From contig NC_043009.1 of NCBI RefSeq assembly GCF_006345805.1, positions 59,210,001 through 59,274,000 on the forward strand: DNA of 64,000 nt, given 5' to 3'. Positions within the stretch are counted from its first letter, which is position 1, and the number at the start of each line of letters is the position of its first letter. The notes under the pieces are model-generated. The model was not told the origin of the DNA and did not search any database. It saw only the letters and a list, made by a program, of their open reading frames with translations. The DNA is from Octopus sinensis. Lineage: Eukaryota. This document shows positions 24,531-37,746 of this stretch, piece by piece. The position numbers were made by a program, and so were the translations under genes.

Positions 24531-25605
24531 GTTTAAAATCCTGTTACTTGTAGATTGTGCAATTCCTGTAATAAAAACAGAAATTTTACATTAGAGACCC
24601 GGATCCTCTCTCTCCTATTCTCTTCGCCTCTCTCTCTCTCTCTCTCTTTCCATTCTCCTCCTTTCTTTCTCTGTGTCTTGGCGAAAGATCTGTGAATATA
24701 CAAATCGTTGACATCTGTAGAAAAACAGCTTTGGTTATTAATACATATGTATGCAATGTAATCTTACGTTATAAACAGTGAGAGCGAAAATGAACGTGAA
24801 ATATCAATATTTTTTGCTCTCTTTTACGTCCAGGGTAATTTTGTATCACCTAGTTTTGAGGGATGCTGTGTTTCTAAGCACAATATGTCTTTAAAGTGTC
24901 TACCTTCCAGAATAAGATGCAGCCTCACAGAGTTCACTAATGTACATTCATGACGTTATATTGATAATGCTTATAGGCTTATACATCCCAACATACACCA
25001 CACACACAAACATATATTGTTATATATATATATATATATATTATTATATATATATATATATATATATCACAAAAGCATGCCATATATGCTCCTTGTCTGA
25101 AGGAAAGATTTCTCTCAAGGTCAAGCTTCATGCCAATAGGGGGTTGATCGGACTCTGGAACACAGAACATAATTACACACACACAAATACACACACACAC
25201 ACATACATGTAATCAACTGGATGATGATATGTGAGATACGGGAGGTTTTAAAAGGTAAGAGAGATTATATTTTCTCCATTTCTACGAGAAGAATTGCAGA
25301 AAAACTATAAGTGATTATGAGAGTAATTTTTTTTTTTTCAAACATATTCCTTAAATAGAGAATAAAATTTGGGATCAAGAGTAGAATACAATATTAACGT
25401 TGGGACAGAAACAGTTAATGTCACAAAAAACGGTTAGTACATACATACATACATACATACATACATACATACATACATACATACATACATACATGTGTGT
25501 GTGCGTGTGTATAAATATGTGTATTTATAAAGATTAGATTAGATAGAGAGAGAGAGAGAGAGAGAGAAACACACATACACATATACTGATAGATAGATAG
25601 ATAGG

Positions 25606-25675
<70 letters not shown>

Positions 25676-26743
25676 TTTAAAAAGTAATCTTATTTGCCAC
25701 TTCAGTCAGGCTATTTCATACAAAATTGTGTTACTACATTTTAACCCCACCGAAAAGCATTTATTCCAGTTGGACACAACCTGTGTCTGATACATTGCTA
25801 GTAAGGGAACGAACCACTCCTCTCCAGCGTGGTAACGCCAGTAGTCCAGAACTGGTTTCAGTGTCTTACCCTTCCTCAGTAGTGGACACTTCCTTTCTAG
25901 AGATGGTAGTCATTCATTCCTACTTGCAAATATATAAACAAAGAAACGACAATCAACCGCTGACCTTGCAACAAGCAAAGTAGCAAATTCTAAAAACCCC
26001 TATAAGAGATGCTCATAGTAGCGATACTGAAAAGTAATGCCTGCTTCCACTTCACCGTGACTTTTCCATACAGAATTATGTTAGTACGTTTTAACCCCGG
26101 AAAAACTTCTTTTTTTTCCCACTAATTTACCTCACAAGTTTAAACAGACCCTATGCCAAATTAGGGGCAACTTCACTTATAAGGAGAGAAGAAAAAAAAC
26201 TTTCTTCTTAAGAGAAAAACGAGCGTTATTTTCAAGTATTAAAAGCTGCAATATGCATTGAAATGATACGAAACAAACAATAGAAAACACTTATGAAATA
26301 AACGCAGTAAAATCTTCTCACAAAGTCCATTATTGATACTTACAATGAAACCCCATTGAACACATTCATATCATTCATATCAACAAAGAAGCCAAACAAA
26401 CTGCAAAAACTTTTAAATTAGTCTGCTTAGCATTAAGAAAAAAACAACCATTACTCTAAAAGATCACAAACAAAACTTCGACAATATCAGCTCAAATAAA
26501 ATATATTTGTTTATATATCTCCTTTTTGTATATATAAGTTCATGGTTATGTGTATATCTATAGGTAAGTGTAGCTATATATTTATATATGTATATATTTA
26601 TATATGTGTATGTGTGTGCGCGCGGGCGTTTATGTTTGTGTATGACTGTGTGTGTCTCTTATTAACGCATGTCGGTTTAAGCATATATAAAGGTGAAATT
26701 ATTTAGATGTTATTTATTGTTTGAGTGAAGCATATATACGCAT

Positions 26744-26777
<34 letters not shown>

Positions 26778-27098
26778 GCACACACATACACTCATATCTG
26801 TGGAATATCTACATTTTATATTTTCGTTTGCATGCGCTGCCATTACCAAGAAGCTATACGTATGTATTTTCAAAGTATTTATCTCTCTGTCTGTCTTCTT
26901 TTCCTTTTCTTTCTCACTATCTCTTCCCATGTCTCTCCCTTCCCTCTGTATGTCTTTCACAGTGTACTTATATATATAGGAATGCACATACATACACACA
27001 CACATTAATATATATATATATATAGATATAATATATATATATAAGTATATATATACGTATATATATATACGTATTTATATATATTATATATATATACG

Positions 27099-27156
<58 letters not shown>

Positions 27157-27294
27157 ATATATAATATTATAAACATATATATATACATACATACACGCAT
27201 ACATATATGTGTCTGTGCGTCAGTGTATTTGTGCCTCTCTGTGTGTAAGTATGCATTTATGTACGTATTTATGTATGTAGATGTTAAAATATTG

Positions 27295-27672
27295 TTCTCG
27301 GTTCTGTCCCACTGCGTGGCACCTTGGCCAAGTGTCTTCTACTATAGCCTCGGGCCGACAGAAACTGAAAGAAGCCCGTCGTATATATGTGTGTGTATAT
27401 ATATATATATATTATATATATATATGTATGTATGTATGTATGTTTTTATGTATGTATGTGTGTATATGTTTGTGTGACTCTGTTTGTCCTCCCAACATCG
27501 CTTGACAACCGATGCTGGTGTGTTTACGTCCCCTCAACTTAGCGGTTCGGGAAAAGGGACCGATAGAATAAGTACTAGGCTTACAAAGAATAAGTCCTGG
27601 AGTCGATTTGCTCGACTAAAGGTGATGCTCCAGCATGGCCACAGTCAAATGACTGAAACAAGTAAAAGAGAG
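27295..27672 (+). mobile_element. SINE family C (5'-truncated) with internal (TA)/(TG) microsatellite
   Basis: gtcccactgcgtggcaccttggccaagtg...gaaactgaaagaagcccgtcg-(TA)n-...tgactgaaacaagtaaaagag. Confidence 0.9.
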
Positions 27673-28081
27673 TAAAGAGTCACGGAGATGTACTTGCATA
27701 GCAAGTAATTTGATCTGAGATCGTGTGCTGAAACGAAAACAATTGCAGCGTGGAAGGTGTTTGTAAACCATTTAAGATATTTTCGTCGCGGTCTTAAAGC
27801 GACGAAAGTATTTTGACAAATTAAACTTAAATGTTAGAGTAAAGAGTATATCTCTGTATGAACTTCCTAATAACGCCCTACTCTACTCGCTCCCCCCCCC
27901 CCACGATTGATATACCTTTACCAAGAAAGGTCATCTGCTACTTGAACTCGTGTTATATTTCTATTTTCAGTCATTCATTTATTTTTATCTCTATTCTCCT
28001 AGCACCTGCTTCAATCCCGCTGACCACCGTGCGTGAAATAAATGTTTGTGCGTACGTGTGTGCGTACACATGTGTGTGTTT

Positions 28082-28144
<63 letters not shown>

Positions 28145-28157
28145 CGAGATCCTAGAA

Positions 28158-28194
<37 letters not shown>

Positions 28195-28199
28195 CGGAT

Positions 28200-30060
28200 T
28201 TTATATAGTAGATTTGACCTGTGTGAAATTGTTTTTAGTGAATTTACACGGATTTAAAATTTTGTGTTTACAAGAGAAAAAGATTCTTATTTTATGTTAG
28301 GGTAAGTCATTTATTGTTCCCGCATAAATTATACAACGCTTCAATATAGCATAATCTTCATTCTTTCTTGTTTCCAATTTAAGAATTGGCTCTTTCAAAC
28401 ATGCCTCAGAATCATTTTGCATGAGAAGTGTTAAGATCAAACTTGTACTCAGCTAGTGTAGTTCAATTGCATAATTTTATATTCCTAATGAAGGAACACT
28501 TTAAGGCATTAGAAAGTAGATCCTATATAATAATGGCTATCATTTTCTGTGATGACAAGATATTTGTAGATATTGTTACGTATTCTCCTTTATTAAGAAC
28601 ACTATTGTCAAAACATACGTTATCTTCTTGCCCGTTCTTATTTTAAATTCGTTATTAGATTCTCCGATATTACTACCTAGGTGAATAAATTTTAAAGAGT
28701 TTGAATTCGTGTAGATTAGGTTCTATTGCTATTTATAAATGACAGATTTATTTCGTTTGTATTTTTTTCCTTCTTAATTATGCATGCAGTATTATTATCT
28801 TTTACATTATATTCACTAATTACGTTAGCAGCAAAACGTTGACGATTGGGCAAAATGTTTGCACTAGAGTTGTGGTAGTATAATCTAAATTTTGCACTAT
28901 TGTTTCCAATATTCTGCACCTCCCATTCTTAAGGCTATCCAGATTACGCAGTTAACACTAAGAGTTTGTATTATGTGTGTGGGATATGTGCGTGTGTGTT
29001 TGTGTGTGTGTGTTTCTGCTTGTTCGTTAATTATTTATACTTACCCATTTTACAGACGTTAGAATATTATATAAAATATCCGCATGATTTGGTGTTGTGG
29101 AGTATGAGAATTCAACTATGTACCTATTAAAAAAGCAGTGGCATTTACATTTAGGCGGAAAGTTATACATAACATATCAAAGAAGATTTAAGGTATATTT
29201 GCCTTAATTTTTATTCCATTTTAACTAAAGGTCATTTAATACAAGTTTCGTTCCTTTTTCTCATTTTAATATTTCTATATTTCATTTTCTTATGGAGCAC
29301 TATATTTTACAGGAGGTATACTGTAATTACACTTTGAGAACCGTTTTGAAGTTGTGTTGCCAGAGTATAGAATTTTAGATATGTTGGAAGCGATTATGTT
29401 ATTTCTTATCCCACCTTCTAAATTAGAATTTTTAATAATAGTATTAGAAATGTTGCCACCGTTTGATTCAACCTTATTATTAGATTTCTATATACATTTA
29501 TATTTTATTACAGATTTTAACTCTATTTATAGTTGCATATTCATTCTCATAAGATTGAGATTTAATAATTTCGTTTGCTAGTTTTATTAAATTATTCCTA
29601 CATGTTGAATTTGTAAAGGTTATCAGTTATGTTTTTGGTAATATAAGGGGTATAAATATTTCTTCAAGGACCCACTGCTGCTTACATTAGCATTGTGGTT
29701 AATTAAATTACATACGAATATTATGTAATCGTTTATTTGCAATATTTTTACAACTGGAAGGTTGCGTTTAAGGGTTCTGTTGTATGTTAATATATTTCGC
29801 ATGATTATGCGTAGAATTTATGCTAAATTTATAGTTGCTTTCATTAGAGTAAGTAATGACTTGGGTCTTGTCCTTAAAATCACTGTGCAACAAAGCATCA
29901 TTATAACATTCGGAGTTATTAAATATTTCTAAGCTAGAGGAAAGGCTGGTTTTTCTAAAAGCAATATTTTCTACAAGATTACCTATATCAGATTTTCGAT
30001 TATTTGAATTTTTATATTTGCGTTCTAAGGTCTTTATTAGTTTTCTCTAAAGGAAAGTGT
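28200..30060 (-). pseudogene. Possible decayed Asn/Ser/Ile-rich coding sequence
   Basis: Three stop-free stretches of about 64-80 codons on the minus strand of very AT-rich DNA, e.g. NSNNRKSDIGNLVENIAFRK..., NNKVESNGGNISNTIIKNSNLEGG... and the 28716-28919 ORF. No recognisable domain. Confidence 0.2.
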
Positions 30061-30121
30061 AGGCTACTCAGTCCTAAGGTGACCTCAAAATAAGAATTTA
30101 CCATTTTATAATCCAATCTAG

Positions 30122-30425
30122 TGGAGACACATGGCCTAGTGGTCGGAGCAGCAGCCTCGCAGTCGAGGGATCGCGGGTTCGAATCTCAGATTGGGTGATT
30201 TGTGTGTTTATGAGCCAAACACCGAAGTTCCAGTTGGCTTCGGCAGAAGGTAATGGCGAACTTCTGTTGACTCTTTGGCCACAATTTTCTCTCACTCTTT
30301 CTTCCTGCATCACGCAGCTCACCTGTAACGGACCGGCGTCCCATTCAGATGGGGAACCTATGCACCAATGAAACCGGATAACCGTTCCTTATGAGCCAGG
30401 CATGTTTCGAGAAGGGACAAACAAT
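30122..30425 (+). mobile_element. tRNA-derived SINE, distinct family (V-SINE-like 3' segment)
   Basis: A-box tggcctagtgg, B-box ggttcgaatctc, and ctcacctgtaacggaccggcgtcccattc resembling V-domain SINE sequence (recalled). Confidence 0.7.
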
Positions 30426-31176
30426 ATAGTCCAATCTGGAAAAGACTGATAGTTTATAATAATTAAAAGTAAGCCTGGGATTATGCAAGGTACTTCCTCA
30501 AGGTGTCATACAATGAGACTGAGCCCAAAACCGTGTGTCTGCAAACCCATCTTCGAAGCCACACAGTCTTACCTACAACGTATGTCTAGTATTAAAGGCT
30601 TCATTGACATTCATTATGTAATTATCTTACTATCGGACTGGAAAAGCTCTTCTTGGCTGTGCAGAGGTTATACCTCTTAGTCGTGTATTAACATTTGAAC
30701 TTTCCAATATACTACACCTTATGTCGACTGTTCTGTTTTTTTTAACCACTTGCTGTAATTTGACACTTTTGGTGCATATCCTTTATTAAAATGTCATCTA
30801 TCTATCTATCTATATATATATATATAAAAGCAACAAGAATGGATTAGTTGTTCAGTACAATTGATTCATACGAAGAACAGCTTTATTAAAAGCTGCAAAT
30901 ATTGCAGCAAATACAAGTGTTCCGTATTCATCAGCCAAAATACATATGAGTTTTCCAAACATCCTAGGGGGTGAGGCTACACTCATGAAGTATCGAAGAG
31001 AGTTCTATGAAAAGCAAAGTTAGATTGTAAGCAGACGTCAAATGTTCTCTAATGAGAATCTTAATTGTTTTTACGAAAAAAAAAAAAAAAGATATATATA
31101 TATATATATATAGCTAGCTCCTTCTTTCTCTGATATATATATATATATATAATATATAATATATATATATATATAG

Positions 31177-31220
<44 letters not shown>

Positions 31221-31893
31221 GATACCATACATATAAACACCGCACACACATAAACACACACACACACATATACACACGAAGAAGCTAAATTATTTTCTAT
31301 TGTCCTACACTTGTCGCCATACAACAATGCACTCAAACGTGCATTTTAACACAAGTCCTAACTCACTAACTGATTCACTTTCATCACTTTATTCCTCTCA
31401 CTTATAGACTTATAGACCACATATCAAACAAACATATGATACCTATTCAAAAATAAGACGCCATCGAATACTCAGTATTAAATACAGCGATGATAGAAGC
31501 CTCTCTATTATTAGCGGATTACAGAAAAAGTGAACAGCGAAGTTGATATGATGCCAGGTGTCTAATTGAGAGGTCACTAGTACGTATTTTGTCTCAGGTA
31601 TTGTGTCGAGGCCGTGACAAGTAACCAAAATCTCTCATCAATATTAAATCCACTCAGCTGTATGTAGGTCAGTTATTATTTTTCACTAGGTCAGAAATGA
31701 TGGAGTACAACTATGTTCAAAGATGTTTTAAATAAGACCATTGCATCTTTTATTCAGACTTAAGGTACCGAGGATAAAATTATGAATTATGGAATACGAT
31801 TTTAGAAATTCGGAACAGGGTGATATTCGAAAAAGATTTTGACTGGAATTTCTAACAGATCGAGAAACCATAATATATATATATATATATATA

Positions 31894-32315
31894 TACTCTT
31901 TTACTCTTTTACTCTTTTACTTGTTTCAGTCATATGACTGCGGCCATGCTGGAACACTGCCTTTAATCGAGCAACTCGACCCCGGAACTTATTCTTTTGT
32001 AAGCCCAGTACTTATTCTATCGGTCTCTTTTGCCGAACCGCTAGGTAACGGGGACATAAACACACCAGCATCGGTTGTCAAGCAATGCTAGGGGGGACAA
32101 ACACAGACACACAAACACACACACGCATATATATATATATATATATATATACGACGGGCTTCTTTCAGTTTCCGTCTACCAAATCCACTCACAAGGCTTT
32201 GGTCGGCCCGAGGCTATAGTGGAAGACACTTGCCCAAGGTGCCACGCAGTTGGACTGAACCCGGGAACCATGTGGTTGGTAAACAAGCTACTTACCACAC
32301 AGCCACTCCTGTGCC
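31894..32315 (-). mobile_element. Full-length SINE family C with (taaaagag)n tail
   Basis: Head ggcacaggagtggctgtgtggtaag, CORE-like ggcaccttgggcaagtg, internal TA/CA, tail. Confidence 0.92.
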
Positions 32316-32349
32316 TATATGTCTAGGACTATGTCTAGGGCTATATATA

Positions 32350-32396
<47 letters not shown>

Positions 32397-32532
32397 CATA
32401 TATTGTTATTCTACCAATTATATACATTTTTATTCCTTTTTATTATTTTAATTTTAATATTTCTATTATATGTAATTTTCTAGATGGTGTAATTCAATTG
32501 TTCATATTGAATTGATAAAGGGTGTTTTTTTC

Positions 32533-32620
<88 letters not shown>

Positions 32621-32760
32621 GCCATATATATGACCCCTTTCTTTAGTGGGTATGCGTATTCATAAAGGAGGATTGTATATGAAGTTACTACTCTTATATT
32701 ATGTGGATGTGTTTGAATATGTAGGTCTATGTTTGTAACTGTATCAATGCATATTTTTTA

Positions 32761-32975
32761 TACGTGGTTCATTCCGTAATAACAGGTTGTTTTTTTTTCA
32801 GGATAGAAATTTATTAATTTCAGAGAAAATCAAAACTCTAATCTCCTCTCATTTCGATGTCTTTGATGTAGCGATCCAGCGACTTCGTGAAAACCTCATG
32901 GAATTCCTTTAAGGTGTCTGGACACTTGTCACAGACTCCATCTTTCCTCTGTCTTCAAAGACACTGCTCCTGAAG
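32761..32975 (-). mobile_element. Decayed Tc1/mariner 3' end (transposase C-terminus + TIR)
   Basis: Minus frame ...DTLKEFHEVFTKSLDRYIKDIEMRGD* resembles the mariner C-terminal FxxAFxKLxERYxKCI...GD pattern. The terminus tacgtggttcatt is preceded by TA. Confidence 0.6.
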
Positions 32976-33221
32976 ATAGGCTTTTTTAATGAATCAATAA
33001 CTACACCATCGTATAACAACTTGAATGTGTGCTGTTCTTATTGATTTTCGGTTTTTTTTAACCCCTAGTGAACTCTGGTCAAATAGACTTAAAAGCAAAA
33101 GGTGTTCTAACAGAAACATTTCATATTTTTTTTCCTTTTTGGTTATCATATGTCCTGGGCTATATTAACTTGGGTCATATTGTAAAAAGAGGAAAGTGAA
33201 GGTTTCTTCTCGAGTGATGCA

Positions 33222-33447
33222 GACTCATAAGGGCCGGTTTCCCGGTTTCATTGCGTGCGTATTCCTCACTTGGATAGAACGCTAGTCACTCGCAGGGAGA
33301 CTCATTTTTGGCAGCTGAGTCGACTGGAGCAACGTAATAATGAAATGTTTTGCTCAAGGACGCAACGCGTAACCCAGTTCAGAAATCGAGACAACAAACT
33401 TACGATCATGGGTTCAACACCGTAACCACTAAACCACATGCCTCCAC
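33222..33447 (-). mobile_element. tRNA-derived SINE (family-B-like head and core, different tail)
   Basis: gtggaggcatgtggtttagtgg, ccttgagcaaaacatttc, tail gaaaccgggaaaccggccc. A similar copy lies at 41030-41266. Confidence 0.75.
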
Positions 33448-33621
33448 TCTCCTTCAACTTCAGGAACAAACTAAAGCCACAGGGAGCAAGGTCTGGACTA
33501 CAGGAAGGGAGAGGAATTCAATTGACGCCTATCTCTTTCAAGTAGTTCGTTACCAGAAAGAAGTTGTGACAGGCCTCATATACACAAGGGTACATATATG
33601 CATACACTATACATAGATAAA

Positions 33622-33946
33622 TGTGAAGGCACGTGGCTTAGTGGTTAGGGCATTCGGCTCACGATTGTAAGGTCGTGAGTTAAATTCCCGACAACCCGTT
33701 GTGTCCTTGAGCAAGACATTTTATGTCACGTTGCTCCAGTCCACTCAGCTGGTAAAAATGAGTAGTACCTGTATATCAAAGGGCCGGCCTTGTCACACTT
33801 TGTGTCACGCTGAATCTCCCTGAGAACTACGTTAGGGGTACACGTGTCTGTGGATTGCTCAGTCACTTGCACGTTAATTTCAAGAGCAAGCTGTTCCGTA
33901 GATTGTATCAGCTGGGACCCTCGTCGTCGTAACCGACGGAGTGCGA
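33622..33946 (+). mobile_element. tRNA-derived SINE (family-B-like head and core, third tail type)
   Basis: tgtgaaggcacgtggcttagtgg, gagttaaattcc, ccttgagcaagacat, then a unique tail ending gtaaccgacggagtgc. Confidence 0.8.
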
Positions 33947-33955
33947 CTTTTTTCG

Positions 33956-34027
<72 letters not shown>

Positions 34028-34028
<1 letters not shown>

Positions 34029-34405
34029 CCGGGCGAAATGCTTAAGGGGTATTTCGTCTGCCGCTACATTCTGAGTTCAAATTCCGCTGAGGTCAACTTT
34101 ACCTATCATCATTTCGGGGTCGATTAAATAAGTACCAGTTACATACTGGATAGATATAATCGACTTAATCCGTTTGTCTGTCCTTGCTTGTCCTCTCTGT
34201 GTTTAGCCCCTTGTGGGTAGTAAAGAAATAGGTGATTCTTCTGCCGCAATGTACTCAGTTCGAATTCCACCGAAGTCGACTTTGCCTTTCATCCTTTCGG
34301 AGTCGATTAAATAAGTACCAGTTACGCACTGGGGTCGATATAATCGACTTAATCCTTTTGTCTGTTCTTGTTTGTCCCCTCTGTCTGTAGCCCTTGTGGG
34401 CAGTA
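34028..34405 (+). mobile_element. SINE family A dimer
   Basis: Two body+linker units following (GATA)n. Confidence 0.85.
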
Positions 34406-34739
34406 TTCTGTGATATCGTTGGAGAATAGTTGTTTAAAATGTCAAAGACATCGAACTTAGTGCTGCATGTGAGGTATCATAAATACCCAGAGTGCCGCCA
34501 TATTCCAATCGCTAATTTCAATTCTTCTCTTTCCTTCTTAATCTTGCATTCGGTCTGTTTCTCTGCCGTAACTAACTTTTTGAAGACATACACACCATAT
34601 ACACAAGACACGCATACACACGTATATATACACACACATGAAGAACAGATTCTCACAGCGCGTACACAAAGACATACATTCATACCTACACACATAGATG
34701 CATACATACATACATATATATATAAATATAAATATATAT

Positions 34740-34774
<35 letters not shown>

Positions 34775-34779
34775 GTTGA

Positions 34780-34885
34780 AATTTAGAGAAAAAACAAAAG
34801 ATGAAGGCGTATATACAATAAGCAGTTATATTACTTTGACGCTCGGAAAAAGTCTTTTACGTTTCGAGCCTACGCTCTTATAAAT
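34780..34885 (-). mobile_element. Penelope-like remnant with a truncated hammerhead
   Basis: Minus strand: AGAgcgtaggctcGAAAcgTAaaaga. Stem II and GAAA are present but CTGA is lost. Confidence 0.45.
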
Positions 34886-34995
34886 TTATATGTGCGTATA
34901 TTTATACATACATACATATACATATATATATATTGTATATACATACATATACATACATACATACATATACATGCATATATATCAATATTTATGTA

Positions 34996-35028
<33 letters not shown>

Positions 35029-35872
35029 ATGATAAATCTCAGAGAGAGTTATAAACAGTAGCGGTAACACATGGTGAATGGCAAATATGCGTCACGATAT
35101 ATATATATATATATATATATTTGTTTATCCACCTATAAACATATACATACATACATACATATACATACAAGCACAAACGCACAAACTTACACACATGCAC
35201 GCGCACACACACGCACACTCACACATACATCATATAAAGTCTAATGACCGTTCATTCGAAATACAAAGAAGGTCTTTTCCATAAAATCTTAATTATCTTT
35301 TATTTGTGATTTCCTCCATTACATTACTCCCCGCTTTAGTAGTTGCATTCGGTGACACAGAGGCTTTGTAGTTGCTTTACTCACTGTTATTAGTGACACT
35401 TAATAAAGAGTGGATTGGTTGTGTACATATCATACATACATGCATACGTGCATACATGCATACATCGATGTATCTGAGCATGTGTATATACGTATTTATA
35501 CACACGTGTGTGTGTTTCCTTGTTTTGTGTCTGCATTTTTGTACGTATCTATCTATCTACCTATCGCTTTCTCTATCTATCCATTTATGTATATATCTAT
35601 CTATTTAGCTATCAACTTATCTATATATATATCTACTAATCTGTCCATTTATCTATCTATATGTCTATTTATCTATCTATCTGCCTGGCTGTCTGTTTGC
35701 CTATATGTATGTACAGAGAGAAAGAGAGTGACAGGTAGAGAGAGAGAGAGAAATATAAAATAAATACATATATACACATATTTGCCTTCATATATATAGA
35801 GAGAGATAAATAAATTTTAAAAAACGAACACGGAAACATAGTTATATGACATACAAATAGCTAGCTAGATAG

Positions 35873-35921
<49 letters not shown>

Positions 35922-36689
35922 TGTCCGGGTATGTGTGTCTATGTATTTAGACATATATTCGCACATATGCACACATACACGCACGTACACACACACACAC
36001 ACACACCACACACACACACACACTCACACACACACACACACACACACATGCACACACACATATACAAACATACCTACATAAAATTATTACTTGTGTATGG
36101 CCATGGTGAGAGCTCGCTAGTAAGATAACGTATGACTTAAATATAGCAACGCATTCGTGTATATATATATATATATATAAATATATGTACACACACACAC
36201 ACATTTGGCTGCTTCGTTCTGTATTCTTTAAAAACCTGTTCATGTGTACATATACACATATCTGTTTGTCCACTCGTATATATTGATATATCCACTCGTT
36301 ACATACTAACCTTCTGGAATGTTTTAGATGTATCTATATTTCCATAAATAGCTCCAAGCTCTAAATTCTTAATTAACCGTTTCTTTTGTGGTTTAACGAA
36401 AATCAGCTTCGCAAGATTGTTACCGAGGCAGTTTATATATCCAGGCGCCCTAATAATTACAGTTGTAAATCTTAATTTAATTTCTATGTGGAGTGTCTAA
36501 ATTTCTCTTGTGTTCACTATCAACGTTTTCTTACGCTTTTATATTTAATGTATCGTCTGCTGAACAACTGATTTTTATCAGTGTAAACACTCATTTCTCT
36601 GTTCCAATTCCTGGTGCCGAGTGTGCGAAGATTGTACTTTACTAAGAATTTGACAAAATCGTTCAACTGATTTTCTTTCATGTTATGTG

Positions 36690-37010
36690 TGAGTTGGCTC
36701 GGTAAGTAGAGCATGGGGCTCTTAATCGTGAGGTTGTGAGTTCGATTTCCGGACGGCGGTGCTGTGTTTTTATGTTCTATATTTATTTCACGTTGCGCCA
36801 GTTCAGTCAGCTTTAGGATGGAGTTGCGACGTCACTGGTGCCAAGCTGCATCGGCCCCTTTGTCTTTCCCTTGGATACCATCAGTGGCGTAGAGTGTAGA
36901 TGCTAGTATACATAGGTAACTGCTGGTCTTCCAGAAACAACCTTGAAATCGGACGTGGAAACACAGAGGGAAACTTTCTTGCTGCAATCCCATGCGCAGA
37001 AGGTTTTTAC
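36690..37010 (+). mobile_element. SINE family B, degenerate
   Basis: B-box gagttcgatttcc, ttatttcacgttgc, cactggtgccaagctgcatcggcc. Confidence 0.75.
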
Positions 37011-37151
37011 CCCTTTTTACTCTCCTCGTGGTCTTTTCCCTTCAACTTGTTTCAGTCAACGGACCTCAGTCACGATGGGACACCGCCTTCAAGTGTCTTA
37101 ATTCAACGAATCGACTCCATTACTTAATTTTTAAGTCTAGTACTTACTCTA

Positions 37152-37285
37152 TGTGAAGGCGCTTGGCTTAGTGGTTAGAGCGTCGAGCTTACGATCGCGA
37201 TGTTGTGAGTTCGAATCCCGTACCGGGCTGCGTGTTGTGTTCTTGAGAAAGACACTTAATTTCACGTTGCTCCAGTTCACTCAGC
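37152..37285 (+). mobile_element. SINE family B 5' part fused to the ORF1-element tail
   Basis: Family-B sequence stops at cactcagc and runs directly into aacatggg. Confidence 0.85.
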
Positions 37286-37746
37286 AACATGGGATACGGC
37301 AATTAAAGTGGATATGACAAGAGTGGGGGTGTTGCGGGAGCACATGCGATGTGCAGTGGTGGACCCGGAGTACCTGGCGAAATTGAGAAAGTATATGGAA
37401 GATTTTAAGTTGTGGGGAAAAAAAGGATAAATACAAGTACTATGCCAGAGCGGGTGAGTTATTTTTAGATTCTCAAAAAATAAAAAATAGATAAATTGAA
37501 TAACGAAAGTGTAAATTGCTGTTATGAATGGTAATGAAAAAGATATATAAACTGTGCTTGCAAACGGTGTAGTAACAGGTTCAATGAAGTCGTTCGGAAG
37601 TGGGGGCCGAGCGACTTCATTTCATCTTTCATTGTATAATTCCATTCATTCATTCCATTCGTTTTTTTTTTTGTCCTCACCTTGTGCTGTCCCCGCTGTG
37701 TAAGGATTTTATGGTCAATTTTCATGAAATAAAGAAGCTTGCTTCC
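37286..37746 (+). mobile_element. 5'-truncated copy of the ORF1-only element (ORF end + 3'UTR + AATAAA)
   Basis: Homologous to 39040-39310 plus 39593-39767. Reads TWDTAIKVD..VVDPEYLA..INTSTMPE.VSYF. Confidence 0.85.
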
